In this document: piece after piece, positions 1 to 13,257 of the stretch
Numbering within the stretch: the first letter of the stretch is position 1
Layout: each line of letters opens with the position of its first letter
Origin: Octopus sinensis
Lineage: Eukaryota
Direction of reading: 5' to 3'
Length of the DNA stretch: 64,000 nucleotides
Assembly: GCF_006345805.1 (NCBI RefSeq)
Contig: NC_043005.1
Span: 86,428,001-86,492,000 of the forward strand
Notes under the pieces: model-generated
The model's database searches: none
What the model saw: the letters and a program-made list of their open reading frames with translations, nothing else
Told to the model about the DNA's origin: nothing
Position numbers and translations under genes: made by a program

Positions 1-52
<52 letters not shown>
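1..52. repeat. (TA)n microsatellite
   Basis: Pure AT dinucleotide run at the window start. Confidence 0.95.
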
Positions 53-54
<2 letters not shown>

Positions 55-3000
55 CTACACGTGAGTGTGTTTGTTTGAGTAAACATAAGTATATCTCTAT
101 TGTGTGACATTTTGGAAAAAAGAACTTGAAATCGGTGGTTTTTTTTTTTTTTGGCTTTTTACGTTACATTTTTTATTTATTTATTATCCAGCAGAAACAT
201 ATAACTAACATTTATCACGCTGATTGATCAAATTTCGTTTCCCTCAAAGATGGCGTATCATTTTGCCTCCCACATTTTTTGGAGTGGGGGCAGAGATTTT
301 ATAAAAAATTTCAATTCTTCATAGCGATAATATATTTTGTTTATATACGGTTTGTATATTTATACATTGTTTATTGCCCTTTTTATAGAAGAAACGAGAA
401 ATAACATCGTCGGTCATAAAGTTTATTTCCGCGAAATTATCTTTCAAATTCTCAAGAATGAGGCTTTTCCTTTGCTAAATATAAGGTTGTTTATCTTGTA
501 CGATATAATCCTATTGTTCGTAGTAATTGGTATAATCTCGTTATCATTCAGTTATACGATTCCAGATTAGACAAAACACGGCTTAAAATTTGTTATCTTA
601 AAGTTTGCAAACCTTCTGTTTCAGAAGAAAATAAAAGAAAAAAATATGATTCGGTAGTTTAAACTGCTGGAAGCCTTATAACTATCATTGCCTGTGGACC
701 AGAAAGTATGCTATCAGCAAAAGATCACATTTTGAAATATCTCCTATATTTTAATGTTTATGAGTTTAAACTGGAACTTGAAAGTTCTATGCCGGACATC
801 TAGTCCAATAAACCCAAAAATCTTTTCTCACGTACGAAAAGGAAGAGGCCCAGTGATAGCCGAACCAGACACGATTTCAATAAGAATGTCACAAACCTTA
901 AATACGAAACATAAACAAAATTCTACTGTATTTGATATGATGACATATGAAGTCGTGGAACAGATAATAAATGGCACACAGCTAACAACTATGACCAAAG
1001 TTCTGCGAATTTCATAGTTTAGAGGATCAATTGATGAACGATGTAAGTGTTTAGGCTGTTTCAATGTGTTTATGAAGTTGAAATCCTAAACATTATGCAA
1101 GTTACCAATAAGTGTAGCCTGAATGAAAAGAAGTTATACATTGATTTGAAGTGTAAGTAGAATTATTTCGTCTTAGCCTTTCTATTCGTGACAATGGTGA
1201 TTTTAATTCAGATAAGTCTCACTCGAAACAGCAAGTGGAAAATTAAAAGTTAACGTTACAAATAACTCCAATCCTATAGACATGTGATAGCCTGAATATT
1301 TAATTATGAAGGATGTCATATTTAAAAATTTCCTGTGTGATAGGTTTCAAATAATATAAATTGTAAGTTTGAGTGTTTCATGAAACACTGATGGGCGAGT
1401 TGCAGAAAATAAAAGAAAATAAAATTAAAGTTAGGGATATAAAGACAGTTATGATCTCTGCATTCCTCCCCGGTATGTTATATTTTAAGACATGTACAAG
1501 AATCAGAACGAAAGCAATCTTAAAGGCTGGCTTTGATTTCCCCAGGCTCCCTCTGTACAAAAGATGATAAGATGCTGGCTTTAACGGGGATTGAATTTTC
1601 AAGTTGTGTTACGCCGCCAGAGACAACTTGCAAATCATATCCTTTGACAAAATATTATGGACATAGTTTTCGACACCATAAATTTTTCAAAAATGTTGTA
1701 AATATTGCAGGCTTAACAAAACAATAATTTTAGCAACGACACAACACGGTGCTTTTCTCGCCTGTTGCCATCAGCTGGAGCGGAGGAAACGAGGAGTTTG
1801 TACTTTTGAATATCAGGAAGATCAGCATGAGCAGAATATTTATCTTGATTTTTATGATGAAGTGAGAAAATATGGAGGAACCGCAGACGCGCCCAATGGT
1901 GCTTTTTAAGATTTGTAAATGGCATAAAAGTAATTAGATATGTTGTCTCCTCATGTTTGTCGCTCCTACTAACAATGCACTATAAATTTCTACCTTAAGG
2001 CCCACAAGTGGGCAGCTGATTAAACGCGATGCTTTACAGAAGCAGTAATAAAGACTATAATTGATTTTATAACCATTCTATAACAAATATAATCATTCTC
2101 CTAGATATCAGCGGCATTCATTTCCTCGACATACAACGCAACAAACAATATTAATGAGCTGTAGATAAATAGAAGAGGAAGTTAAAGCTGCAATTATTTT
2201 AAATGTACTATTAACATTTAACCTGAAATTAGATCAAACGTCTACTTATTCCGTACGAGAACTGAATTGATATTTAGAATGCACTTTGTTTCCGTTCAAT
2301 TGCCACGAGAAGTTAAGCAACATAATTTTGAAAACTTTGCAAAACATGAACAGCTGTAACAAACCTACTCACACCCTTGCGCCTACTCACACACACACAT
2401 ATATAAATCCATTTCCATTATATATAACAAACCCACTCTTAAGCTGTCTGCATGTCTGTTAATCTACGAAACAACCGTCCATGTGTATTTTCTCTTCCTT
2501 CTGAAAAGGACGATAAGATAATCCATACACACGCTCTTATATTCTTTTATCTCATTCGGTTTATGTCAAAATGTCAACATATGTACTAAGATTAGTTGGC
2601 GATGTAAACGACGCAAAGTAAATGGTTGAAGCACTAGTAATATTTTTACACTGTGTTATATGAGAAATAGTTAGATGTAACAGAGTTCTGTAAGAAACTA
2701 TTCATTTCAACATACAGTAGTTGTTGTTATGCTGTTTTAACACCGTCACCATTCAAGCTGTGCAACAAGTTAATCAAATTTGATTGTGACTGTTTTCAGG
2801 CTATATATGTCTAGGACTAATATACCGAATACAACCCTTTGATTTTTCACTATAAGATGAAATTTAGGGAGACTGGTTTAGTAGTAATATCTAGTAGAAT
2901 GATCGTCGAAGTGTAGTGTGCAACTCAATTTATGCGCGAATTAATGATGGCGTCGGCAACATTAAACCTTATAAGGCAAATTATGCCAACTGGATAATTT

Positions 3001-4782
3001 ATAGAGTGGGGGCTTACTAACTGAAACACACTTTGCACTCAAATTGCAAAACTGTGTCATGTCCATCGGATAACTGCTTGGCGTGTACTAGTTTTGTTAC
3101 CCTCGATTTAATGAAGCGCCTCTCATTCGCTGTAAGCCGTAAACAATGCGTATAACTTGAGAAGGGTTTGTTATTAAATCTTTAAATCTCACATAACGCA
3201 GTTTAAAATATTCCTAGGTATTTTCCAAGTCAAATGTATATACACACAAGGGGATTCTTGAGTTACTACATAATGTATACATATATGCATATATATATAT
3301 TTTTTATGTGTACGTGCGTTTATGTGCGTGCGCGTGTGTGCCTGTTTGTGCGTGTGTGTGTCTATATATAGACAGATAGATAGTTATGTTCTATATCTGT
3401 ATGCATGCATGTATGTATGTATGTATGTATGCATATATGTATACTTTAGCTGCGTCTTAGATATCTACGGATTTTGAGATAATACTACTTACAGACCATG
3501 GGTGTACTGAATTACTTCTGCAGTATTTGCATATATATTGGCTATGCATGTGAGTGGTCATCATTAATCTAAGATGAGAACTACATTATAAAGAAAAACG
3601 TTTCAGGGATGCCGCCATTTTTTTTTACTCGTACAAATGAAAAACGTATTTCAATGGGAAAATGATACATAAATTGATTTGTATCTTTTTATGCGTGATG
3701 CTTCAGATAAACAGTTTTACATTTGGGAAGCGCTCGGCAGGAACCAGTTGTATGTGATAGCAGTGTTAATGCTGAGCGTTTGTTGGTTTTTATTCTTCTT
3801 TATTCTTCCCTTCAGGATAAGCGTTTCATTCAATTTCCAAAATAGACGATCAGCAATAAATATCGGCAAGAATATACAATGAATACTAAGAACTATAAAT
3901 TTAAATTATTCCTCATACAAACTCTAGAAGACATCACAATTGCTTCATTTCTGCACGAAATAATTCCGATTACACATAATATACTGTTAGCATTTAAAGC
4001 AGTTGCCAGTGATAAGTTTCGTTCAAATGGCGGCACTGTTTTCTATTTCAGTTGTATTTTAGGCTGTTATTTTCAGGTTTTCCTGTTTGTTTGTTTTAGT
4101 GCTCTATGGCAGCAGGAACTATAGATATTTATTGTATTCAGTTCTGATTCATCCAAGGGCGTATTTCTGTTTAAGGTTGCACTAGGGACGGTACGTATAA
4201 ATCGAATAAATGTGTGCGTAACAGCAGCGAATAATTCCCTCACCTTTACAACATCCGTCTTAGTAATCTGACAGTCTTACAAAAATGATTTCCAAGAAAA
4301 GTGTGCAAAAAATAAAATACGAAAGATTAAAAACGATTATACTGTTTGCTGGAAATCTTGTTAATTCCATAAAAAATAGAACTGCATTAGAAAAAAATCT
4401 ACAAGACATTCACTCCAGACCTTATCGTAATTTGTTGTTCTTTTCTTATCTGTCTAAAAGTAATTTTGCGATTGTGTTTCCCTAGCGGTATATCTATAAG
4501 GCATAAATATTTCCTCTTCTCTGTTCTGAACAATACTATCTTCGTCAATTCATTTATCAGTGTCTGTATCAAGTTTTTGGTTTGCAGCTTTCTTCCGTTT
4601 TCATTTTTTGGATTTGGCTTTGTCTCACTCTTATATTCCAAACTCATTTCTGATGGTATTCTTGTGAAGTCACTGAAGAACTGGACAATGCGAGGAAGTT
4701 TATCGATTGGTCTGTTGGTTTATCCTCTAGACCAAATTGAAAGCGAGAGGATATGGGGTTAGGATTTTCGGTTCACGTCGTA

Positions 4783-4992
4783 GTGGTCAGAGTATTCGGC
4801 TAAAACGTTGTACCGTTGAGCAAGACGCTCTGTAGTTCAATTGACCATTCTTGCTACATTCTGTGTCGCGTTGGATTTCCGTCAGAACCACACTAAGGGT
4901 ACGCGTGTCTGGAATACTCAACCACTTACAAGTTAATTTCACGAGCAGGCAGTTCGTTGATCGGATCCTCGTCATTGTAACCGATGGAATAC
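4783..4992 (+). mobile_element. Degenerate tRNA-derived SINE (family C)
   Basis: Shares ttgagcaagac, taagggtacgcgtgtctg and gttaatttcacgagcagg..gttgatcg blocks with the intact copy at 23071-23403. Confidence 0.7.
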
Positions 4993-6470
4993 CAGTTACT
5001 CTTTGCAAATGAATCGCTGCTTTCACTGTTGTTTAGATGTTTCAGTGTGTTCTACCCTTAAATAGCCTACTTCAGTAGATTGCTGAGTGTAAATGGTGAA
5101 GCCTTGTGTAAAATCCAGCCTCGTAAGATGATCATTCAGTAATCACGATCGAGGGCGATGTAACTCTCCGTCATGTGCAAACGCCTGAAGTTGAAAAAGA
5201 CCTCAACGATCACGAAGCAGTGGTTCTATTCAATGAGGAGTGGCTATAATAAGTGACAGAAATTAATCTTGGTGCAATATTTGAAAATTCATTTTCGTTT
5301 CCAAAAAACAAACAAACTCAAATATGACATATAATGTATACATAGATTTTGTAGAAGAAAAGTGGTCTGAGAAGGAAAGGAGTCACATTGTAAGCAACAT
5401 GAAAAGAAATCAATAGAGACTATGGATGGTCATTTCACAGCATTTTGTCCAGGGTTCTAACGATTCTGTCAGCGCCCTGCTTTATGTAACAACACTAAAA
5501 TTTTCAACAAATATAATAGCTAAAATAATTACTTGAAAATATGGTTTCTGCATTAAAACACATCCGCAGAGGACATTAATTGATTTTTTTTTTTAAAGCA
5601 CACCATTAATCAAATTTGACACCGAAATGCGAAAGATCAAACACATAAAACAGGTGACGATAGGAAGGAATGATGACTAGTAAATTGTGTGAATATTATT
5701 GGAAATGTAAAATATTTATGTGTTTACTTCCCAGAAAATATTACATTATTGTCCACATTTCAGTCCAGTATAGCAGCATCTGTATAGTAGAGTATATTTC
5801 TAAATATTCCCCATAGCAGAAGATAGGCTGCCAGAAAAGGCAGAATATAATGAGAGAATCATGGAAAGAATGAGCATATTAGCATTTACAAAAGTTGGAG
5901 AAGTCTTCGATCGATAACTTTATAATGCTAAGATCATTGCTGGATCATTAATTTCGGTTTTTATTGTCTTTACCAAGTCTATCAAAAGTATTGATATCAA
6001 ACTAATCAATGAAACAGTAACATACTAATTAATCAACATATGTTTTTCGTTTGATCAGTCAAGTTTATTCAATGTGATGATTTGAAGAATTACAAAAGTG
6101 ATACGATCCAATACGTCACCGTAATGAGGTAGTGGAAACTCCAGAACACTTTATAAAATTCTTTTGTGGAGATGCATTTATACTGTGTTGAAGTATGTGT
6201 TCTGAGATAAAAATGCAATCAATTTAGTCTATTATTTCAGTAATCTGCATAATCCCATTCGCAATTTTGCATATGTTAAGTCACTTGCGAGGTCTCTCGT
6301 CAGGACTACTGGTAATATGGGATCAAGTCCAATATATTACATGGCCGTGTCTTGGGTGACTAAACCAGCACTTCCGCTAGGCTCCCCTGGTGAAGAGAGT
6401 TACTAGAAACTTAGCAGGACTAAAACTGAAACCTGCAAAAAGGACGGATGAACATAGTGTTGTATCAGTG

Positions 6471-6545
<75 letters not shown>

Positions 6546-6768
6546 GAAATACTAAAGAGTAAATTAAATCAATAAAATCGCCATTGGCTTTTGTGTTAGC
6601 TACGCTAGGTAAGTGCAGTAACGGATTACTAGGATTTCAAGGTTGTAACCGAGATGGTAGGCAAGGAACCAAAGCAGATTTCCGATATAGCGGATATATA
6701 ATTGTTAAAGAGGACAACATACATTAAGGCAAGTCGAACATTTCAAGTAATATACATTTCAAGTGAAT

Positions 6769-6816
6769 GTCTTATAGCTGTTTCTCGGATATCCGAGAAT
6801 GATGACTGAATATCCC
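6769..6816 (-). ncRNA. Partial hammerhead relic (3' half)
   Basis: Minus strand ggatat...atatcc-ga-GAAAC-AGCT-AT-A-agac. Same stem III/stem I end as 18736 and 36526; the CTGATGA half is missing. Confidence 0.35.
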
Positions 6817-6930
6817 ATACTCTGATATATCCCCAAAACAGTGGTAAGACTGAATTTTCTCCAATAATAATAATGATACATATGCCTTGAGATGTTTGCT
6901 TTGCCTTAACCTTTGTTGTCGTCTTTAACG

Positions 6931-6971
<41 letters not shown>

Positions 6972-7262
6972 TTTTTTATAATTATGTGTATAATTATAGT
7001 TAGCGTTCAGCAAAAAACTTGCTTCACCACATACCCTTTATTATTATTGATACTATAATTCTCTCCCTGTTAATAAACTACATTTTTTCTGTAGATTTTT
7101 TTTACTCAACAACACACGTGGAGGGGTGAGGGAGAATACGAAACCTCATTCTTATGTTTTGAATTCGTTGGTACTGGTCATTGGATATAGTTTGTCTGAT
7201 GTTACTTGAATCGGATAGTTATGTTCAACTTTTTCAGTACTCTCAAATTTAAAATCTTGAAA

Positions 7263-7349
7263 TACTGTACTGAAGAGGAAAATGATCGAATGGAAATGTG
7301 ACTTTTGCATTTTTCATATCGATCTAATTCGGAAACGCGTCCACAAGTA
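7263..7349 (+). ncRNA. Type I hammerhead ribozyme, long stem II, near intact
   Basis: tactgta-CTGAAGA-g-gaa..gatcga..atggaaatg / catttttcat..tcgatc..ttc-g-GAAAC-GC-GTC-cacaagta. Core intact, GUC triplet, ACGCGT palindrome; stem I has one mismatch and one bulge. Confidence 0.75.
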
Positions 7350-7889
7350 ATCCAATACCGAGTGAATTTCGTTATTTTCCCTCTCTACCTACGTGAATTA
7401 TTTTGAGTATATGTTGTCCGGGAGTTTCTTCTTATAGTAGAAGAAATAGCTAGTTTCTTTGGCTGCTATTTCTAAAGTTCGGTATGTGGTGAAGCAAGTG
7501 TTTTTTTTTTTGCTGAACCCTAGTTATAATTATACTCATAATTATAAAAAAAAATATTGTTTAATTTTACCGAAAATAGTCCTTTTAAGATGCCGAATAC
7601 TACTTGGTGGAATTATTAATTATTAATTAATTAATATTAAGATTATGTATATATATATTCCTTTATTCATTTAGTCTTATGTATATAATGGATAATAAAC
7701 TTAATGGTTTACACCTGGTAGCGTACTGGTGAAGTTCGGTCACTTTCAGAGTGGCTGCTTTTCTCTCTACGAAACAAAAAGTTACATTGTGGAACAGTCA
7801 TTTTAACGAGTTGTTTTTATTTATTTCTCACCCGACAAGATACATCTACACCACTGAATACTCGAGAACAAGTTGTTGGGTGTTTCACA

Positions 7890-8015
7890 AGAGGAATCGA
7901 TACTAGATATGTCGAAACAATTGTGATTAATAATAAATTCTCGCATATTCCATCTTTTGTCTTTCATTGTCATATATATATATATAAGAGCCATGGTTTC
8001 GCCATGGGCTCTTAG
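7890..8015. ncRNA. Two degenerate hammerhead relics in opposite orientation
   Basis: Plus: GAAAC-AATT-GT at 7914-7924 with a broken 5' core. Minus (7985-8015): CCTAAGA-gcc-cat-ggc-GAAAC-CATG-G. Confidence 0.35.
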
Positions 8016-8080
8016 GAGCACAGTTCGATTTGTTTTTTGCTCCGCCTCTGTTCTGTTTTTGTTTTTCCAACGGATTTCCT

Positions 8081-8171
8081 TTTTTCTTCCTGAAGAGAAA
8101 GACACAATATGGTCCCAATATTCAATCGGATTTTGGTAATTTGTGCCTTTCGAAACACGTGTAGAATGAAA
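8081..8171 (+). ncRNA. Type I hammerhead ribozyme, intact canonical core
   Basis: ttttcttc-CTGAAGA(8090-8096)-gaaag.cacaa...ttgtg.ctttc-GAAAC(8152-8156)-ACGT-GTA-gaatgaaa. All core positions match; stem II 5+5 bp; stem III palindrome ACACGTGT; GUA triplet. Confidence 0.85.
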
Positions 8172-8379
8172 TAAAACGATTTCTGTTCAATCTGCGTTCA
8201 GCTCCATTTCTTCAATTCACCAATAATGTTTTAATTTCAATTATCCGCACCAACGCACGGTTGCAACGCCAGATGGTTGTACCTCCAACCGTGCTGTTTA
8301 CTGCTGTGATTTTTGCTACTAAGGTATCGGTTAAACTGTTGATTAATCTACTACAAGATTATTCATCTTTCTATTTCAC

Positions 8380-8444
<65 letters not shown>

Positions 8445-8453
<9 letters not shown>

Positions 8454-8655
8454 GTATCTTTGTGTTTCTTCCCCACAACCACTTGAGAAGCGGTATAGTG
8501 AGCTTACATCCCCGTAACTTAGCTGTTCGGCAAAAGTGATCAATAGAATAAATATCAGGCTCATAAGACTGGAGTCGATTTCATTCGACCAAAACGTTCG
8601 CAGGACGGCGCCCCAGTATGGTTACAGTCTAATGACTGAAACAATTAAAAGTTAC
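8445..8655 (+). mobile_element. 3' part of tRNA-derived SINE (family B)
   Basis: ttacatccccgtaacttagctgttcggcaaaag..gatcaatagaataa..ccccagtatgg..atgactgaaac matches the family B tail. Confidence 0.75.
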
Positions 8656-9177
8656 TCACACATATACAGCTTCATTGTCTTGCAAACAACTTGCACATGC
8701 AAGTGCTACCAGTCAAGATATTCGCATATCGGAAGCCAGCAGATGTGTAGGGTCATCAGGAGAGAATGCGCGCCGTTTTGGGGCCTACCTCTCGACGTCA
8801 TCAATGCGCACTGGCTAGATCAACTGGTTATTAGATATAGCTCAATACTCTTCTAGCCATCGCTCATCGTCTCTTTTTAACCAAATCCAGTGGCTAGCCT
8901 TTTCCACTGTAGTTTGGATATCGGTCGTGGTGGTATTTACTTTATAATGAGCTACGCCTAACAATAGCAACAGTCGTCTCACACTATGTCCAACAAACCC
9001 TCTACAACCGACTTCGATTGGAAAATGCTCCGCTTTCCAGCTTGCGTTTTCATATTCCTCAAGGAGGTTTACGTAATGAATATATTTAAATAATATTTAA
9101 ATGAAAAATTCTCAACCACAAAATAAATACGTGCATACATACATACATACATGCTTACATGCATGCATACGTGTTTG

Positions 9178-9295
9178 TATGTATGTATGTATGTATGTAT
9201 GTATGTATGTATGTATGTATGTATGTATGTATGTGTGTGTATGTATTATGTATGTGTGTATGTATGTATGTATATATGTATGGATGGATAGATGG
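9178..9295. repeat. (TATG)n/(TG)n compound microsatellite
   Basis: Direct reading; source of the VCMY/HTYI ORFs. Confidence 0.9.
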
Positions 9296-9377
9296 ATGGG
9301 TGCATCTATGTATAGATCGTTTGAAGAGGTGTGCAGATTATTTATTTTGCGCCTTTCTCTCATTTCGGAAAATCACC

Positions 9378-9411
<34 letters not shown>

Positions 9412-10089
9412 TCATAAACACTCCCACACACGAGTATATACATGGTTTGCATGTGTGTGTGTGTGTGTTCAATATATAATTTGTCAGACTTACAGTTGTT
9501 TATTGATTATCTTGTCTCAAAGATTTCTAATTGGCCTGAAAAATGTTCCTTTACTGCATTACCTCATACGATATTCCTCTCATTTAATACAATCGTGACA
9601 CATATTAGGTTTGCCTACTCTTTCTAGCATATCGATAGCATACTTAGAGGAATCCACGTTCACTTATTATTTCAAGTTATTACTAAAATTTTTTAGTCCG
9701 ATGTTGAAAGGAGATCTACTTTTAGTAATTCCCTTGTGTACAACCAATCAGTATAAATAGTATTTCTAATCAGATGGTCGTTGTTTTGCAATCACTACCA
9801 GCAGATCTCTTATTTAATGTAATTTTCGTGTACTTCCTGGACCATGGACACAGAAAGCTGACTGGAATTACTTCATGTATAAGTCTGATGCTTTGCAAAA
9901 TTTCTTACAGTTGACACTTATCCATCTTAGATGATATTTTGTTATGTAATAATTCATGACTTGTTGCGTATATGATGTGACGTCTGCGACAAATTTTGAA
10001 TACCATTCTCTTTGACAGTATCTAGAATAAAATTCTCCTACGGCATGCTGGTCTGCCTCCCATGATGTAAAAGTGCATTGATAGAAATG

Positions 10090-10300
10090 TATGTTTGTTT
10101 GGGATACATGCATATGGTAGATAGCAACAGACTCCCCTTACAACTCCTTTAGTCCCAAATATAGACGGGGGAAAAGAAACCAAGGAAAACCTAGACTGAG
10201 ATCCAAAGATACTGCTAAAAGGAACATGAAGTGGAAAGGAATTGATCCTAAGTGACCAGTATTCAGAAAGCTGATCAACTAATGAAGAGTGACAGTCGCG
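10090..10300 (+). mobile_element. RTE-clade LINE 3' ORF fragment, decayed
   Basis: Translates with stops and one frameshift to DSNRLPLQLL*SQI*TG / RNQGKPRLRSKDTAKRNMKWKGID, matching the RTE C-terminal R.P...L...L..G.R..G.P..R..D pattern. Confidence 0.7.
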
Positions 10301-11481
10301 GCCACTCACTACAGAAAATAAGGAATGTCATGGATTTTAGACAAGGCAAATTTTTACTGTGAATGAATAAACTCGTTTCTCAATCCACGGCATATAACAT
10401 AATTCAGTCAGCAAATTTCAATGATTTATTTATGGGCATATTGAAAATACTGACAGAAAATGCCTTAATTTTACTCAACGTGACAAACATTGATATTTAT
10501 GTGATTGTCGCATTAATATTCGTTGTGAAAATTGCGTCGATAATTTGGCGAAAGAAAATTCCAAACACAAGCATATACAACTAACGAAGCTGTAAAAGAC
10601 ATATAAGGAAATATATTGCGGAATTTACCAGATAATGATTAAGTGAACTCACAGGACACACACAAACGTATGTGTATATTTTCCCATATTCATTTATTTA
10701 TGTGTATACGTATGTATATTTATAGCTGAGTAAACTGTAGCAGACGTGAAACGCAGCTCTTGGATCAAAAACACAACAGACCGCCGGTCTGAGAATCGAA
10801 ACAACGCGAACGCCCGCCTTCACATATTTACTGGAACTGTATATTCTTTCAGCAATATGTAGACGTAAAAAAGATCGACAGAGACAAGACAAATTTTAGA
10901 ACTTCCAAACAGAGATGATTGTTCTGTTTGTTCAACTCGCAATTACCAAACATTTCATTCTAAAACTCGCCCTCAGAAAGAGTGTCGACTTTTCATTGCT
11001 TCATTTGGAGACATGAAACAGACGATGCCATTGGTCACCAAATACCATAAACACAGTAACACCAGTTCTTTGAAAATTGGGATATGTTCATTAGATTCTA
11101 TTGAATGCATTTTCAGTCTTTATTTCAAATTTGTAAAACTACTGAAATGCATAATGAATGATTGTAAGATATTATTTCAAGAAAACGTGACAAGAATTTA
11201 GATCCTCAAGCTGAACGTATCGTTATGGTCACCTATGTACCACAGAGATTTGGTATGGCATAGAGAATTGCAAAAATAACACATATTTGAGGAGGGAGGT
11301 TATTGGAAAGTACAAACCAAGATCGACAACTGACTTTGGTGAGTTTACTCGTATGGAGCCTCACAGCCATTTGAGGTTTCAGAAAAATCACGTTGTGATT
11401 CCATAAGTAAATATTATTAGGAATTGTATAGAAAAAAACAACATTAAAATGTATTGTGTATTTTAGAAATATAACCAATTA

Positions 11482-11877
11482 TTTTCTACTCTAGGCACAA
11501 GACCCGAAAGTTTTGGGGAGGAAGCCAGTCGATTAGATGGACCCCAGTACGTTACTGGTACTTAGTTTATTGACCCTGAAAGGATGCAAGGCAAAGTCGA
11601 TCTCTGTGGAATTTGAACTCTGAACGTAAAGACAGACGAAATACCTATTTCTTTACTACCCACAAGGGGCTAAACACAGAGAGGACAAACAAGGACTGAC
11701 AAACAGATTAAGTCGATTACATCGACCCCAGTGCGTAAATGGTACTTATTTAACCGACCCCGAAGGAATGAAAGGCAAAGTCGACCTCGGCGGAATTTGA
11801 ACTCAGAACGTAACGGCTGACGAAATACCGCTTAGCATTTCGCCCAGCGGGCTGACCATTCTGCCAGCTCACCGCCT
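11482..11877 (-). mobile_element. Dimeric tRNA-derived SINE (family A)
   Basis: Two tandem bodies (tcgaccccgaaaggatgaaaggcaaagtcgacctcggcggaatttgaactcagaacg type). The head ends in ctgccagctcaccgcc; internal junction gacgaaatac|ctatttctttactacc at 11644. Confidence 0.9.
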
Positions 11878-12124
11878 TAATACAATCAATCTATTGAACA
11901 TAAAACTTTAATACCAAAATCTAATATAGACCCCGGTTGAAAACCACAGCATTAAAGCCTTGTTCTATCATATTTGAGTAATGGTTAGCGCGTAGGTCAA
12001 ACTTCTTTGCTGCATTCCTACCTCTGTCTTAACGTATCGATTTCCACTGCTGTCGAAATTAACCTTATCTTTAATTATATGAGTGACGATAAAATAAGGT
12101 ACCACTGAAGTCAATTCAATTGAC

Positions 12125-12530
12125 TTTTCAGGTACATACCGTCAGTAATTACTCAGGGTAGGCAGTTGGCGACCTTTATGTAGTAAAACGCACAAAAAAA
12201 ACATATATGAAACACAGGTATGCGACTGAGATGAAGGCAGATTTGCTCCCGCCTTTAAAGCACGTAAAGAAAACGTCGTTGTAGAAAAGTGCTCAGCACG
12301 TTTACTACAGCAGTTCTATTCGTAGCTTTAATACTGAGATTGAAAGGCAAGGGCGAATTATGCCTACCTTATCTACAAAAACTAAAACATTTTGCATTTT
12401 ATGCATAGTAATCAGAGTAACCTTCATAATTTTATTGAATTAGGTGCATATTTTGCCATAAAAGGAAAATATTACTCTCGATCTATTTTATTCAGGATAG
12501 GCATTTTGCTTTCACCCTGCCTACCTAGGC
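12125..12530. repeat. Unclassified ~400-bp dispersed repeat, copy 1
   Basis: Colinear with 45775-46165 along its length (e.g. gtatgcgactgagatg, tctacaaaaactaaaacattttgca, tttatgcatagtaatcagagtaaccttc). Confidence 0.85.
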
Positions 12531-13187
12531 GGTATGTCTCTGCCTCCTTCCCTCCCTTCAGAATTACTTGTCTTCTGCCAAAATTACAAAGAATTTTTAA
12601 CTGCTGGAAAATTATCCCACAAAAATGAAATTACCAAATGTAAACTTTTTCTGCTTTAAATGCGCTTATAACCCCCTAAAAATTATATATCGCTTTGGTC
12701 ATCTTTCTAACAGCTTATTCATTTATGTCCATCGAACACGAAATTATAGAAATGGTTCGTGAATATCTAGTCCAGCCACACTGGACACAGAACGAAGAAG
12801 AGATTTCGGGTCTAATTTACTTTTACAATTCATTTGAAAAATGCGACAGAAACCATTTGAATTAATGTAAATTGATATTGATTGGAAACAGAGGTGAATT
12901 AAATTAACTTGTGGTTATAATCCCCAATGGTTGTGAGGAAGATAAAAATTAAGACATCTATAGTTCTTACCTGACAAAATTACATGTGCGTGTCTAATAC
13001 AAAAAATATTCCTCAGAAATACATTTAAGTCTATTTCTCTTTTTACTTTTCGTTGCTGGCTTTTTTTGTCTTGCTCTGAAAACAATAGTAAAATTGTATG
13101 AACTATGCATATATAGCACAAATAAACGCACACAAATACAAACACACGCGCGTATGCTCACATACATACATACATACATACGTACAT

Positions 13188-13246
<59 letters not shown>

Positions 13247-13257
13247 ATATATATATA

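Noticed and set aside
246-256. YY1-like AAGATGGCG motif as a promoter
   Set aside because: Single short motif with no CpG island or gene context.
1734-1905. Possible exon with RRKR furin-like site after ttttag
   Set aside because: No partner exons or recognisable domain; several frames are similarly open.
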